A DNA stretch of 64,000 nucleotides from Amoeboaphelidium protococcarum X5 (taxonomy: Eukaryota; Fungi; Aphelidiomycota), in the NCBI GenBank assembly GCA_023515725.1, contig JALDTO010000235.1, forward strand, positions 650,778 through 714,777, written 5' to 3'. The translations under genes were made by a program, and so were the position numbers. Under the pieces are notes generated by a model that saw only the letters and a program-made list of their open reading frames with translations, searched no databases and was not told where the DNA came from. Numbering within the stretch: the stretch's first letter is position 1; each line of letters starts with the position of its first letter. Positions 13,616-27,279 of the stretch are shown here, in pieces.

Positions 13616-15589
13616 ATGAGATTGGCCGCATTACTGAGTGTAATGAGCGTGGTGTTGTCGCTCAATTACACGTAGATCACATACTACAATTTGGGAAATG
13701 TGAATGTCGGTGAGATGGTTGTTGATCCTTTCGATAATAATATCGCTTATATTGCTGGTGAAAGCGAAGGCTCTTGCTTAAATCAAATTAGTTATGGAGG
13801 TTTGGACGCTTTGTTGATTAAAGTTGATTTGCGCAATTCTACTGTATATTGGGTAAAGCAGTTTGGCGGGCCTGGTAGGGATTACGGCCCCATTGTCAGG
13901 CGTCAAGTGCTGAATAATTTCTATCAGCGAGGTCTTGCCATGATTAAAGATTAGAATCAAATTGCAATGGCTTTCTCCTTTACGTCCAGTCAGGTTGAGT
14001 CAGTCGTTAAGAGGCCCGGTATTATAGTTGATTCTGCCATTGCCCTCTTCTCGCGTAATGGCTCTTTGGTCAAGATGATTAGCGACCTGCCTTGTGTAGG
14101 CTTTGAGTGGTGTTACAATGTTACCAGCGTTTACACTACGCTGTTAATGTATGATGATAAAGCAAAGGTGCTTCTAACCACTTACTCCTCCTTCTACGAA
14201 CAGGTCAGTATGTCGTCCTCTATGGCTGTGATCAATCCAGTAAACTCCTCGATTAAAGTCTTCACCTCCGTGAATGATGGTAATTTGCGTCAAATTCTTT
14301 TTACTTCATAGAATGATATGCTACTGGTTGGGTAGAAGAAAAGACCGGACAGGCTTTATTTTCAGTAGTTGCACTTTAGTAACTACTCTGTTATGGGACC
14401 TTCGCGCGATTTTGAATATTCATGTGGCGGTTCAGACGCTGCTCTAGGGTCAATCTTGAATGAACAAGATAAGAGTGTCATATTCGCTGGTATATCTGTC
14501 TCAGATTCATTAGCAATTAATGGTGGCTCCGGTTCATTCATTATTGGGCGATGGTTCTACCAGAATTCTACTGTTTAAATTTTGACTCGATTCGCCTCCA
14601 ATTAAAGTGCTGAATATATAACATGGTAAGATTCTGCATCATATGGCTTATACTACAACGAGTTATAAGAACTTTATTATGTCTATGGTTATCTGTCAAT
14701 GTCTACAGAGTACGGTAGAAAGACTCAAGCTGCTGTGTTGACATATTCAAAAAATTATACGCTGCTGGACTCTTACATCAACTAGGATTTCAATTTTTCG
14801 GTAGTGGCTAGCTCGCAATGGCCATACCTTTTGGTGTCTGGGTAAGAGTATCTACCAGACGCGTAATAATCTGGGCCCGTGATTATTAAGTTGCCCGATC
14901 CATAGCCGATTTAGTCGCCAACTACCTCTGTCGTCACATCTTAGAGGACTACCACCACTACAGCATCAACGTCTACATTTACAACCATAATAGGTACTAA
15001 AAATGGCATAACTAGTAGTTCTTCTATCGCAGAATATACAGCGACTACTTAAGTCTCCGTTGCAGCCAGTCTAGTATAAACACCTGCGGGCAATGCAACG
15101 CTCAGTCTCCTTAATAATAGCAGTACTTATGTCGCGTTGATTAACTCTGTCAGTTCTCTTTCTAAAACTGCTGAGTTAGCAACTACTAACTTATTGCAGT
15201 CTATTATAATACAATCTACACCTAGTAGCCTTGTATCTTCTGGATAAACTGTCTAATTTAATGTTGGTACTGTTCTTTAAAGTAGTTACTAACACTCAAC
15301 GTTAAGCTCGTCAGATCGCTTGTTAAACGTGGATGCACCAGGCGCTGCTTCTGCTAACTTGGTGTTAATTTACGTGATTGCAGGCTCATTCGCTTTCCTC
15401 GCTGTGGTTATTACTGCGACAGTATGCGTCTTGTTAAAGAGAAGGCACAACAAGTTGAAGTAGGCTCGTTGGTAGTAGCAATACGCCGCGCAGTCTTAAA
15501 ACACCAGCATGACATCAATGGCGATGACAATTCCTCTCAATCTTAACACAACCTCCGGGCCATCTTACTCTATTTACTAAAATTAATGA
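13616..15589 (+). CDS. Paralog of the preceding surface protein (657 aa)
   Basis: MRLAALLSVMSVVLS; AYIAGESEG..SYGGLDALLIKVDLRNSTVYWVKQFGGPGRD; S/T stalk; TM IYVIAGSFAFLAVVITATVCVLL then KRR; TGA 15587. Confidence 0.8.
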
Positions 15590-15836
15590 TGGGATTTACA
15601 GTGATAATAAACGCGCGTGGTATTTCTTACATTCATATACTTTACTTACTATACTTACACTTTATGACACCTCTCTTCACTGCTCAATGCACAGCGCCAA
15701 AGTTGAAACAACGTCGGCATGATCCATGGGTGGACAGGTCATCACTTCGGCTCACTTGATCGATTTTGATGCCTTGATCACTCTCTGCGCTCTTTGTAGA
15801 TATCATAGTAAATACACTTCATTATAAGTCGGAGGT

Positions 15837-18800
15837 ATGAGTAGAGAGAATTCTAATAACTTGATACGCAATAGAACTTTGAGTGCGCGCGTTGAGAATC
15901 TTTTTGATGAGATCAATTTGCAAGATCAGTTGTTGATACCTGATCACGCTGATGATGACTTTTATGATGGATATAAGCAGGAAACCGTCCATACTAACTT
16001 TGATAAAGGTCCAGGACCGCTGAGTCCTCCGCAGACGTATCTCAATAGATGCCGCACTTTGTCTTCCGATCCTATGGCTGACAGGAGATGGCAGTCGGCG
16101 GTGGACAAGGCGATCAGATCTATTGTGTCTCTTTAGGTGACCGAAGTACGCAGTGTGGACACGAACAGAGCTGGTATATACAACGCGTCAGGATTTGTGG
16201 TGGATAAGGTGCAAGGACTGGTGCTCACTAATAGACACGTATGTTCAGTTGGACCCGTCCGCATTAAGGGCACGTTTGCCAACTATGAAGAGATCCAGCT
16301 GCGTTGTGTCTATGTCGATCCGATACATGATTTTGGTCTGTTGAAGTTTGACACTGCATCCGCTGTCAAGTATATGGATATTGATGAGATTGCTCTGGAT
16401 CCAGATGGTGCATAGGTTGGTGTAGAAGTGCGTGTAATAGGTAATGATGCCGGTGAGAAGTTGTCTATTCAGCAAGGATTTATCGCGCGCATTGACAGAG
16501 AGGCTCCACAGTATGGTGTTGGATCTTATAGTGATTTCAATACATTCTACATTCAGGCTGCCACTGGTACAAGCTGTGGATCAAGTGGATCTCCAGTGAT
16601 AAACTCAAAGGGTAACGCAGTAGGCCTGAATGCTGGTGCGGCAAAGTAGAGTAATCATTCGTTCTATCTACCTTTGGGTGGAGTGTAACGTGCTTTAGAC
16701 GCTATAAGATCTGGTGCGGCGTGTTTACAACGAGGTGATATCTTGGTAGAATTTGAGTTTGCCACGTTCAATCGCCTAAGACATCTTGGTATGAGTGGAG
16801 TTGAAGAAGAGGCTCTCCGCGCTGAGGTGAAGAATCTAGCTGGTATGCTGGTATGTAAATTTGTATTGCCTGATGGACCAGCTGACGGCAAATTGAAACC
16901 AGGTGATATTCTTGCAAGTGTGAATGGAATAAAGATATTCAATTTCATTCAGCTCGAGGAGGCTCTTAATTGCCACGTGGGGTAAAGTGCCAGCATTGAA
17001 GTGTCTCGTAACGGTGAGAGAATTTGTTATACAATTGGTGTTGTAGATTTGAGTGAACTATGTGTGCCTAGCAAGTTTCTTCAACTTGGAGACTCTATCC
17101 TGCACAATGTCACATACACTATGGCACGTACTCTAAATATCCCGTTAAAAGGTGTATTTGTCGCTAATGTTGGATCTACAATAGTATAATCGGGCTATAA
17201 TAAAGCTGCTGAGAAGACGATATTATATCATGCAAACTAACATACTCTGTCTAATGTGGATGATTTCATCTCTGTAATTCAAAAGATTTCAGATGTCAGC
17301 ACTCTATCACTGAAAGGCTTCTGTGTTCCATATACTGAACAAAAGTCTATATTCAAGATTCAAGCTGATAATGAAGCACTCATGTGTATTGTATTTGCTC
17401 GTGGTCAAGATCACTAGTGGTATCAGGAGAGAAAGCTTTCCCTGGCCGATAATAATTCAACTCAGTAACAGATGGTGGAATTTTAGAGACCAGTATACGC
17501 GCAGAGAAGTAATGGGAAATTGGCGTACTCGGATTGTATTAGATGTCTAGTAAGAGTACAGAGTCGGATGCCGCTACTCGTAGATGGCTGTCTTTAGAAT
17601 AGTTTCAGTGGTATAGGATTTATTGCCAGCTGGGAGCATGCTTTGATTGTGTGTGATACTGCCTCTGTGCCATCTTATCTATGTAAAGTGTTGGTCACTT
17701 TCACAGACAGCTAATAAGTTATTGCGTATCCCGTATTCATCCATCCGTATATGAACTTTGTCATTCTAAGATTTGATATGGCCGAATAATCGACATGGTA
17801 GAGTATCCGCTAGAAGAACCCTGTGAAGAAATTCTTGGGCAATAGTGATCATGCAGAAACGACGTATAACTTTCATCCACCTGCACTGAGCGATAAATTC
17901 AAGTTGCTTCTAGCTCATTTTGATGGACAACTTACCGTGGAAGACGTGGCTGTGAAGTGTGTTGCGGAATAATTTGGGAGATCAGGTCAAGATGTGCCAG
18001 GTACTGGTGGTGGAAGTGGTAATTGCGAGTTTTACTATCTGAGCCAAAGTATAAGCGAATACTTTGGTGCCTTGTTGGTGGATGATATAGGACGGATCCA
18101 TGGCATTGTTAGCGATCACAACTCCATTGATGATTTATCTTTCTGCCTGCCCACTTTTTTCATATCTGATGCTATTAGATGCGTTGCTTAAATGCTAGTT
18201 AACTAACGCATTATTGGTCGCTTACCTATTACTGCTTAAACTGCATAGCAGCCATGCTTGCGTATGTTGCCTGCCAAGTGTTAACCACTGCCAATATCTG
18301 AAGTGATAGACCTCTATCAGCAATGGAAAGACTGTCTATTGAGTGCTTGTAAAGAGAGGCACACGGTATTATAAGTTGTGAGGACCTGCAAATCATCCCA
18401 GTCCCCATTTGAGTGCGGAGATATCATCTTGGCTATCGATTAGAAGTTTGTTGCCAGAGCATCTGACCTGCATCTCATTGAGTAATAATGGTCTATCCCG
18501 GGGTATGATTGCCGGTAAATGGCTGTTGCAAGAGTATTACGAAACTACGCCGAAATCGAAGTCAAGTTCTAACCTGCTCAGCTTTATGTGGACCAGAATG
18601 AAGAAGACTGCGATTACCTTAGCTGGTGTGGATGTAATATACAATTGCCGTCCATGAAAATCATTGAAGATACCTACTGTAGTGTGGTTAATCGTTATCC
18701 GATCAGCGTGCTGTCCGGAATGCCTTACATTTCATCAGTGATGGTTGGCTCTCCAGCTCACGCAGCTCAACTTACCGGCGGATTTTACATTACGGCTTTA

Positions 18801-19055
18801 AATGGACGCAGATTCGACTAGATATAAGCATAGCATGGCGAAGGAGATAAGTGGTGTGATGCTTTTATATCATGCACCTCAAGTCAAGATGATAATCAGA
18901 ATGCTGAATCGATGGAGATTAGACTGGAAGTGATTAGTAGAGCTGGGCACTAGAAAGTGGTCACTATTTAACCGGATCATGTATTCTGGCCTGCAACGAC
19001 ATTTACGTTACGCAGAGACAACAAAGGCAAGACTGTCATTACAACGCATGAATGA
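15837..19055 (+). CDS. NMA111: HtrA-family PDZ serine protease, NMA111-like (1072 aa)
   Basis: [19 protein letters not shown] (His), DPIHDFG (Asp), [33 protein letters not shown] (Ser), [14 protein letters not shown]; C-terminal PDHVFWP. Confidence 0.9.
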
Positions 19056-19101
19056 ACAAATGATAAGATAATGAGATCTTGAATAATAAATATACAACTG
19101 T

Positions 19102-20865
19102 TCACTGTTCACCACCATCTTCTGCATCCTCCTCATCCTCATCGCTCTCATAATTCTCATCAAATTCCTCGGCAACGTCGCTCTCCTCACCGGCAACGAA
19201 ATCTTCATCGTCTTCGTCACTATCCATGTCCATTCCATTCGTGCCGCCAGCCTTCTCATTATCAGACTCAATCATACCGGCACCAGCATCATCATCATCG
19301 TCACTAGACAGACCATCCAGAGCAGTGATAGCCACCTACTCCACGCTAACCTCGGTGCGGACTTTAATACCAACAGCTTTGAAATGGGAAACCAACTTAT
19401 CGTACTCTTCCCGCTCCAATCCACTGAATGGCAGTGTCAAACCAGCGGTATTTCTCAGGAACACCTTCATATCAAAAGTCTTATTCGCCGTGCTACTACT
19501 ACTAGAATCACTACCAACTCTAGAAAAGACAATGTGAGACACTTCTTCATACCTGAAATGATGAGTCGGTTTAGGCAAGAAGAGGCCTTCAGTTTACAAC
19601 AAGTACAGGTATCCTTCATTCGCCTTAATTGAGCACTTTACACACGGATTACTGAAATGGCTCTTGAACATTCCGGCTTTAGTCAAGTCGATTCCACTAA
19701 AGCCACTCAAAAGCGCACCAAGTACCTGATACATTTCAGCATCGTACTTCAATCTTAACCTGCCGCCAAACTTGGTTCTCAGCAAATCCTCCTTCTGTTG
19801 TTAGATCATTGCAGCAGATTACGCGTCACCAGAGAGAGCATCCAGATTCAACTCAATCTCCAAATCAACATCCTTAACGCACTAGATGACCAGGAACGGA
19901 TATCTCGTCTGACCCTGACGGAGAGGTGGATCCATACCAATGACGATAAACTCATGGATATCGTCTGGACGGGTTAGTGCAAACAGAGACTTGATACTTA
20001 AGTACGGTATTCTGTAATTATGAGACTTACCATGCAATCTAATGCTGTCTTCATACAAGTCCATATTGTATCTGCCGCGAGGAGTGATAAATGGGACATC
20101 TTCGATTAACGCCAATGGCTCTCCAACCAACTGCCCAACGTCAGCTTTAGCTTTGACAGTCTCATAAAAGATATTGGCAGCAGAATCTTGGTCCTAGTTC
20201 TGATCCACTTCCATATTCTCTTCATCATCTTCTTCTTGATTATCACCACCTTCAGCATCTGCTGCACTGGGTCTACCACCCTGTACCACCATATCTGGAA
20301 TGTAAAATCGCGCCTCAACCAATTGATCACTACGCGCACCCTCCTTACCTGCCAGTTCTAATTCATCCTCAGTAGGTGGCTTAATCTCAATAGTAACCTC
20401 CGTCTTTCCATTCATAGTGGTGCCGCTGACAGCACTGAGTGGAATCTCCATCACCGGCTTATTACCGACATTGAACCAGAGTGAGTTACCAGCAAAGTCA
20501 GTCTATCCCCAATTCCAACCTCTGACATTGGTCTCCTTCATCTCCACCTCAACGCGCCAACCTCTAAACAGTCGGCGAATTTCATCCAGGTGGCCACCAC
20601 TGGTGAAATTACCATTCTGATCAACTTCTGACTGAAAACCATCAAATTTCACAATGTCGCCATTATTCAGACTTATTCTCAGCATGTGTCCCTTGCTTCC
20701 TCGCAAGAACTGAGCCTTCCGTATGTCTCCAGCGGGAACGGTAGTAATCTTGCCACTAGACGATGCTTTAAAGCCAAGACCACTGCTAGCAATTCTCAGT
20801 CTCCCCGGTATAAGAAGTGACTTTCCACCCTTATAAATGTTCTCATACTCATAAACCTCTGCCAT
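19102..20865 (-). CDS. POB3: FACT complex subunit POB3/SSRP1, no HMG box (587 aa)
   Basis: RGWNWG, FITPRGRY, IRLHGKS, DPPLRQGQTRYPFLV, VKCSIKANEGYLY, acidic tail ESDVAEEFDEN. Confidence 0.96.
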
Positions 20866-21394
20866 ACCTGTCTTACTGTACTGTCAAATCCAATTGAATA
20901 GTAATGAAGAGAGAAACCGTTCTATAAATTAAAATTATTAAACGCGCAGGAATCCCACTGATAGTCGACGGTATAAACTCACACGAAAGAAAGAGCGAGA
21001 GATATGGAATGACAAGAAGGAGTTTTCACTCATATTTAGACAAGAGCAAGAAGGAGAGACCCTCGCAATAGTCTTTCTTAGTAGAGCCGAATCGACGCGT
21101 CTCATTTCCTTCTCCTCGAAACGACGACGCCGAATCTTTCTCAGTCTTATTCACACGCCACGCTCATTCACTCTCACTCACTCACTCTCTTCTCATTTGT
21201 TCTTTCCTCTTTTCATCGTTTTGTGTGTTATTTGACTATATAAGCATATTAAGCACATTTATTGTCGGAATTTAGTGTATAATCAATACTGTCATATCGT
21301 TACATTATTGTCCTGGTTTTTACATCCAATCCTCAGCAAAATCTTGATTATTTTGTGTAAATATAATCTCTATCCCTGCCATAGTCTATATAAT

Positions 21395-21877
21395 ATGAGT
21401 GCTCCGTAACATCCAATGAAGAAATCCTCGCCTCTAAAGCCTAAACAATCACCGCTAAATCCTGCGAATAATAGTAATAATAATGCCTAGTAGTAATAGT
21501 CTAAAGAGGGTGGGCCTGATCTTTCTAAATTGACTCCTCAAGAGCTGTAAATATACAAAAAGTATGGTAAATTGCCCACGAAGAAGGATATTGTGTCGCA
21601 TAAGCTGAAGGAGAGAAAATACTTTGACTCGGGCGATTATGCAATGTACAAGGCTGGTAAGACTGGTCCAACGGGCGCCAATGTTGGTTCTGTGCATCCA
21701 TCACCTGATATGATTCCACACTCTAGCCCGGCGGCGGCAACTAATGTCCAGGTGCACCCTCTGCCTCACGGTAGCAGATCTAGTGGTGGACATGACAAGA
21801 GTGGTGGTAATGATGCTGCAGAAGAGTAGAATTAGAATTCAGGTGCTGGCGATACTAAAACTGTTGAAAAGTCATGA
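21395..21877 (+). CDS. Endosulfine/ARPP19 (Igo1-like) PP2A inhibitor
   Basis: KYGKLPTKKD...ERKYFDSGDYAM; ATG 21395, TGA 21875. Confidence 0.92.
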
Positions 21878-22006
21878 GTTTTTGTAGTATACTGTACCGC
21901 CTCTATCTATATATATCTATCTACTGATTGAGTGAGTGAGTGAGTGATTTTTAGCATAAACAAGCTTTTGTATGTTATACTTTTAATAGTTATTTTTACT
22001 CACGTA

Positions 22007-22888
22007 TCATTTCTTAAACAGTTTGGGATCTACCTTAAGTACACCTTTGACGTATTTCCCCATACCAGACTTTAATCCACGTTCAGAGCTAGATCTCGTA
22101 TTTTTGATGCCCAAAAGCTGCTTGGTCTTTTATCGCTTGGTATTATTTCGCACAGTTTACGCTAGAGGATGTGATGAGCTGGTGAGAACTAATGATGATG
22201 ATGACAATGATGAGGATTTAGAACCGGGATTTTTAACAGTCACCTATCTACCAGTAGTAGATGAAGCGAAATGGAGTCCATCATCGCCAGCCTGCTTAAT
22301 TAGAGCCTATTGCTTCTCAGCGCGCTGCTTGCTCTTCTTCAGCATTCTCTGCATCAAACCTTGTGGCACCTTGCACTTCTCCTATTTGACGAGTCCGAGT
22401 GCATGTAGCTTCTAATCCATAAATTTCCTTCTATCCTTACCATGCATATGTTTAAGCGATACTTGTTCCAATTCCATATTGACCAGCTTATGGAGTTCTT
22501 TATCCAATTTTAGATTCTCCAGCTCTTCGTTATCACTGTCATCCTTGTTATCTTGACGCGTCGCCTTACTTGCACCAGTCTTATCCTAAGGCGTATTAAC
22601 TAAAGACTATTGGATGTCTTTGATGGATGCAGACATGAATTTCCGTCTATCCGACTTGCCGTTGTTACTCTTATTCTATCTTAGTCCACTATCATTAAAT
22701 TCTACAATCTGCACCTTGTTTTGAGGCTTTTTTTAACCATTAACAGCAGAATTTTCAATCAGTGAGTTGGTGCGCACAGTCTAGTCTGGGTTCAACTTGT
22801 TAATAGACTATTATCGCTCTTATACAGCAGTCTTGGACCGAGTGTCTGACGCGTACAATGATATCAAATCCTCAAATTCTATTTGCAT
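22007..22888 (-). CDS. Faf1/C1orf131-like (DUF4602) 40S biogenesis factor, 293 aa
   Basis: ENLKLDKELHKL, GKDRRKFMDQKLHALG, KVPQGLMQRM, C-terminal RGLKSGMGKYVKGVLKV; absent from the track. Confidence 0.7.
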
Positions 22889-22999
22889 TTTGATTTATTG
22901 TATTAATTTGCTTTAATAATAAAACTGTGCAGATCAAAGTGAAAACATGAAAAGGTCTAAGTAAATCAAAATCATCGTAGAAGAGCTTGTTAAAATTTA

Positions 23000-24169
23000 T
23001 CAATTTTTATCGCGCTATTGCACAGCTTACTGAGTAACTAGTTTAACTTATTCAGCGATTCTCTAGATATCCTTGGACGGTATATCTCCATCAATAAAGA
23101 TAGAAGAGTTATCTGGCCTGAATAGTTTCGACCGATCAACCAACTATGAAGATGACAACCGCAATCGAGATATAATATACTTGTTGGCAAGATGAGATCC
23201 CAGTACCGCAGCATAGCATAAAGAAACCAGCGAGACACCTGCAGTAACTTCATAAAATGACATTTATTCATATAAATATTCCAACTGTAATCGATCGATA
23301 GAGGATGCAACAATGGCACCAGAACCACCGAGGATAGAAGTTACTCCGGCAGTTATTTTAGCAGTTGGCATCAGCTGTAATTTAGAAGAGGACAACTGAC
23401 CATCGAACGCGTTAATAGCCAATTGGAAATCCAAATCATCTGAATATCTCAACTTTGCAAAATAGAATGGCATATACACCAAACTATATTAAGTCTACTC
23501 TACTTTAGGTGTGTTCTAAACAGCTATTCTGCATCTTCGAAGATGGAAATTACACAAGTCTGTTGCTCTCCGAAGAACATTTTCAGTACTGTGATGTAAA
23601 GCGCGCTAATCCACATCATTCCAACTAGCATTTTATTATAAAATTCCAGACTTAGATAAAACTTGCATTGTACAGCCATCAAGAGCAGCCATATTCAAGT
23701 TCTCGCGATTGGCATCTAATCCTCTAATCAAATCGGACTTTTCAAAATTAACAGGAAACTGATTCCAGAGTTGCATATTATCATGATTAGATTTCACCAA
23801 ACTCTACTATTTGAATGGAAGAGATATCTTGAAGGGATTTGTGAAATATCCAGCGCGGTAAACTCTACCCGCTCTACTAAGAACTGACTTTTCTTTAATC
23901 GCGTCAATATGCAATCGAACATCCATCTCTACATTGAATACGTCTGTCTAAAGATAGAAAGGTACAAGTGCAGCCGAAATGTCTTCAATCTCTGGCTTTC
24001 TACTCATCGTGATGGATGAGTTTAAATGGTATATCCGCTCTACTCTCTCTCTTGCGTCATTAGCTGTAATCTTGAATGGCAGATAAAAAGCACGAGGATC
24101 TATGGCACTCTATTTTCTAATTTACGCAAGTCTACCCTAAGCTGAACGTGCAGCAGAACTCAGCGACAT
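23000..24169 (-). CDS. Hypothetical membrane-anchored protein, 389 aa
   Basis: Continuous frame ATG 24169 to TGA 23000; FYLPFKITANDAR..ALVPFYL and VYMPFYFAKLRY..LAINAFDGQL; hydrophobic C-terminal segments. Confidence 0.7.
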
Positions 24170-24434
24170 ATTAATAATGGATTAATGTACCTATTTGATG
24201 AATGTAGTAAGTGATATCTCGTAACGTTGTCTACATGTGAGCTCCTCTTCAAACGCGCTCCATTCCCCCTATTAACACTACGCAGAGCGCGTTCCCAGAA
24301 CGAGCGCGCGCGAATGAACCCAACCTTAGCTCTGAGGTGAACGCGTAAATTTTCTTTCGCTGATCAAAAATAGCATAGGATTCCCCTTTGTAAGTGTGTA
24401 GATTCTATTAGTACAAAGATTATATATATTCAGA

Positions 24435-24872
24435 ATGGGAAAGAGTAAAGTACGTGGTTTGAATGCAGCACGTAAATTGCGCACTAAGCGTCGTGAGAAT
24501 CGCTGGGCAGACAAATCATACAAGAAGCGTGCCTTGGGTACTGCATATAAATTCAGCCCCCTCGGAGGTGCATCCATGGCGAAAGGTATTGTGGTGGAGA
24601 AGATTGGTGTCGAGTCCAAGCAGCCTAACTCTGCCGTCAGAAAGTGTGTGCGTGTACAGTTGATTAAAAACGCAAAGAAGGTGACCGCCTTTGTGCCAAG
24701 AGACGGTTGCTTGAATTTCATTGAGGAGAACGACGAGGTGCTGATTGCCGGATTCGGTCGTAAAGGTCGCGCTGTCGGTGATATTCCCGGTGTTAGATTT
24801 AAGGTGATCAAGGTGGCTGGTGTTGGTCTCTTGTCGCTGTGGAAAGAGAAGAAGGAGAAGCCAAGATCTTGA
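24435..24872 (+). CDS. RPS23: 40S ribosomal protein S23 (uS12)
   Basis: [22 protein letters not shown]...[10 protein letters not shown]...KKEKPRS. Confidence 0.99.
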   Translation: MGKSKVRGLNAARKLRTKRRENRWADKSYKKRALGTAYKFSPLGGASMAKGIVVEKIGVESKQPNSAVRKCVRVQLIKNAKKVTAFVPRDGCLNFIEENDEVLIAGFGRKGRAVGDIPGVRFKVIKVAGVGLLSLWKEKKEKPRS

Positions 24873-25037
24873 TTACGCTTATCCTCTCATTACTATCTAT
24901 CTATCTATTATCATTATTGTATTGTCGTCATATGAATAGTGATAATAATGATCGATACTATAATAATAAAATGGTAAAAACTTGATATTTATTCTTCCAT
25001 TTTCTTTAGTATTATTTTTATTCAAGCGACGTTTAAT

Positions 25038-26285
<1,248 letters not shown>

Positions 26286-26544
26286 CTTGCAGCAGAATAT
26301 CTTATAACGTATACACGATGATAGGCTGTATTTATATAGAGCAATGAGGAAAAGCAGATAAAAACGGTTGTTGAATCGAAAACTGAAAACAAAATTATGA
26401 TCGACCGCTCCGATTCCACAAATAACCCAACAATCAGAAAACTTTATGAAAATCAAGTTCAATATAAAAATCTCCCTGTACTTTTTCTTTATCATGTATG
26501 TGATTTGCAAAACATATTCATAAAGTATATCAGAATGCAATCTC

Positions 26545-27021
26545 TCAACGACCAGCGGTGACGCGCTCAAAGACAGTGTCGTATGCCACCTCGCTCAGAT
26601 CAGTGCCTTAAATCTCGCTGCCAATGCCGACGAGTTTACGTCTCAGCGCGTCTTTGCTCGCAGCGTAAAGCATCTTTGACTTCACTCGGCTCTGCTCAGG
26701 AGCCCACACGTAGAAGCAGATCTTGTTGCGCACACCCTCACCTTGGGTATCCCACTCGAAATCATACACAGCATATCTGCAATCATCTCTAGGCAGACTG
26801 GCCACAAACTCATCATAATCGCTGCACTCCTGCACAGTCTTTTCTACTTCAATCGCCTTGTTATCATCCGATAGCTTAAACACCACATACTTGTACTTCT
26901 TCTTCAATTTAAGCTCTTAATATACGTGCAGACATTCGTCATTTACTTGTACTCCCGTGCTCTACAATCAGGTCGCTGTTAATGATATCAATCATGAAAA
27001 TGGATATAAGTAACTTACCAT
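26545..27021 (-). CDS. Cofilin/ADF paralog 1; ATG-only exon 1, intron 26962-27018
   Basis: ATG|GTAAGT...TTGTAG|STGVQVNDEC; CRYAVYDFE; KSKMLYAASKDALRRKLVGI; EIQGTD (Q=TAA). Confidence 0.96.
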
Positions 27022-27279
27022 TTTTGATATTTGTGTATTTTATTATTGTAGAAATAATATTCCGATCTATTGAGAAGAGAAACTTACGAAGGTAATCCCT
27101 AAAGGTGTTAATTGACGGCGCTCTCGAAAGAGTACTGAAATCGATGCGATTCACGGCGAGAATCTTGTGCGCGCGTGAGAGTCACACGATAGCTTAAAGA
27201 AGCTTTTAATGTGGCGCATGTAATTTCTATTTGGACTTTAAGGAGTCTTCTGATTAATAAGAAACTCGGCCAACAACAA

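Noticed and set aside
21169-21947. (CTCA)n and (TGAG)n flanking the endosulfine gene as inverted repeats
   Set aside because: Simple microsatellites, also seen near 41781; no TSD.
24326-24811. 161-aa antisense ORF over RPS23 (and similar shadows over SMC5, VASP, IPP1, beta-adaptin)
   Set aside because: Antisense shadows of conserved genes.
24435-24872. Avoidance of TAR codons in highly expressed genes
   Set aside because: RPS23 has only two Gln codons; VDAC, cofilin and IPP1 do use TAG/TAA.
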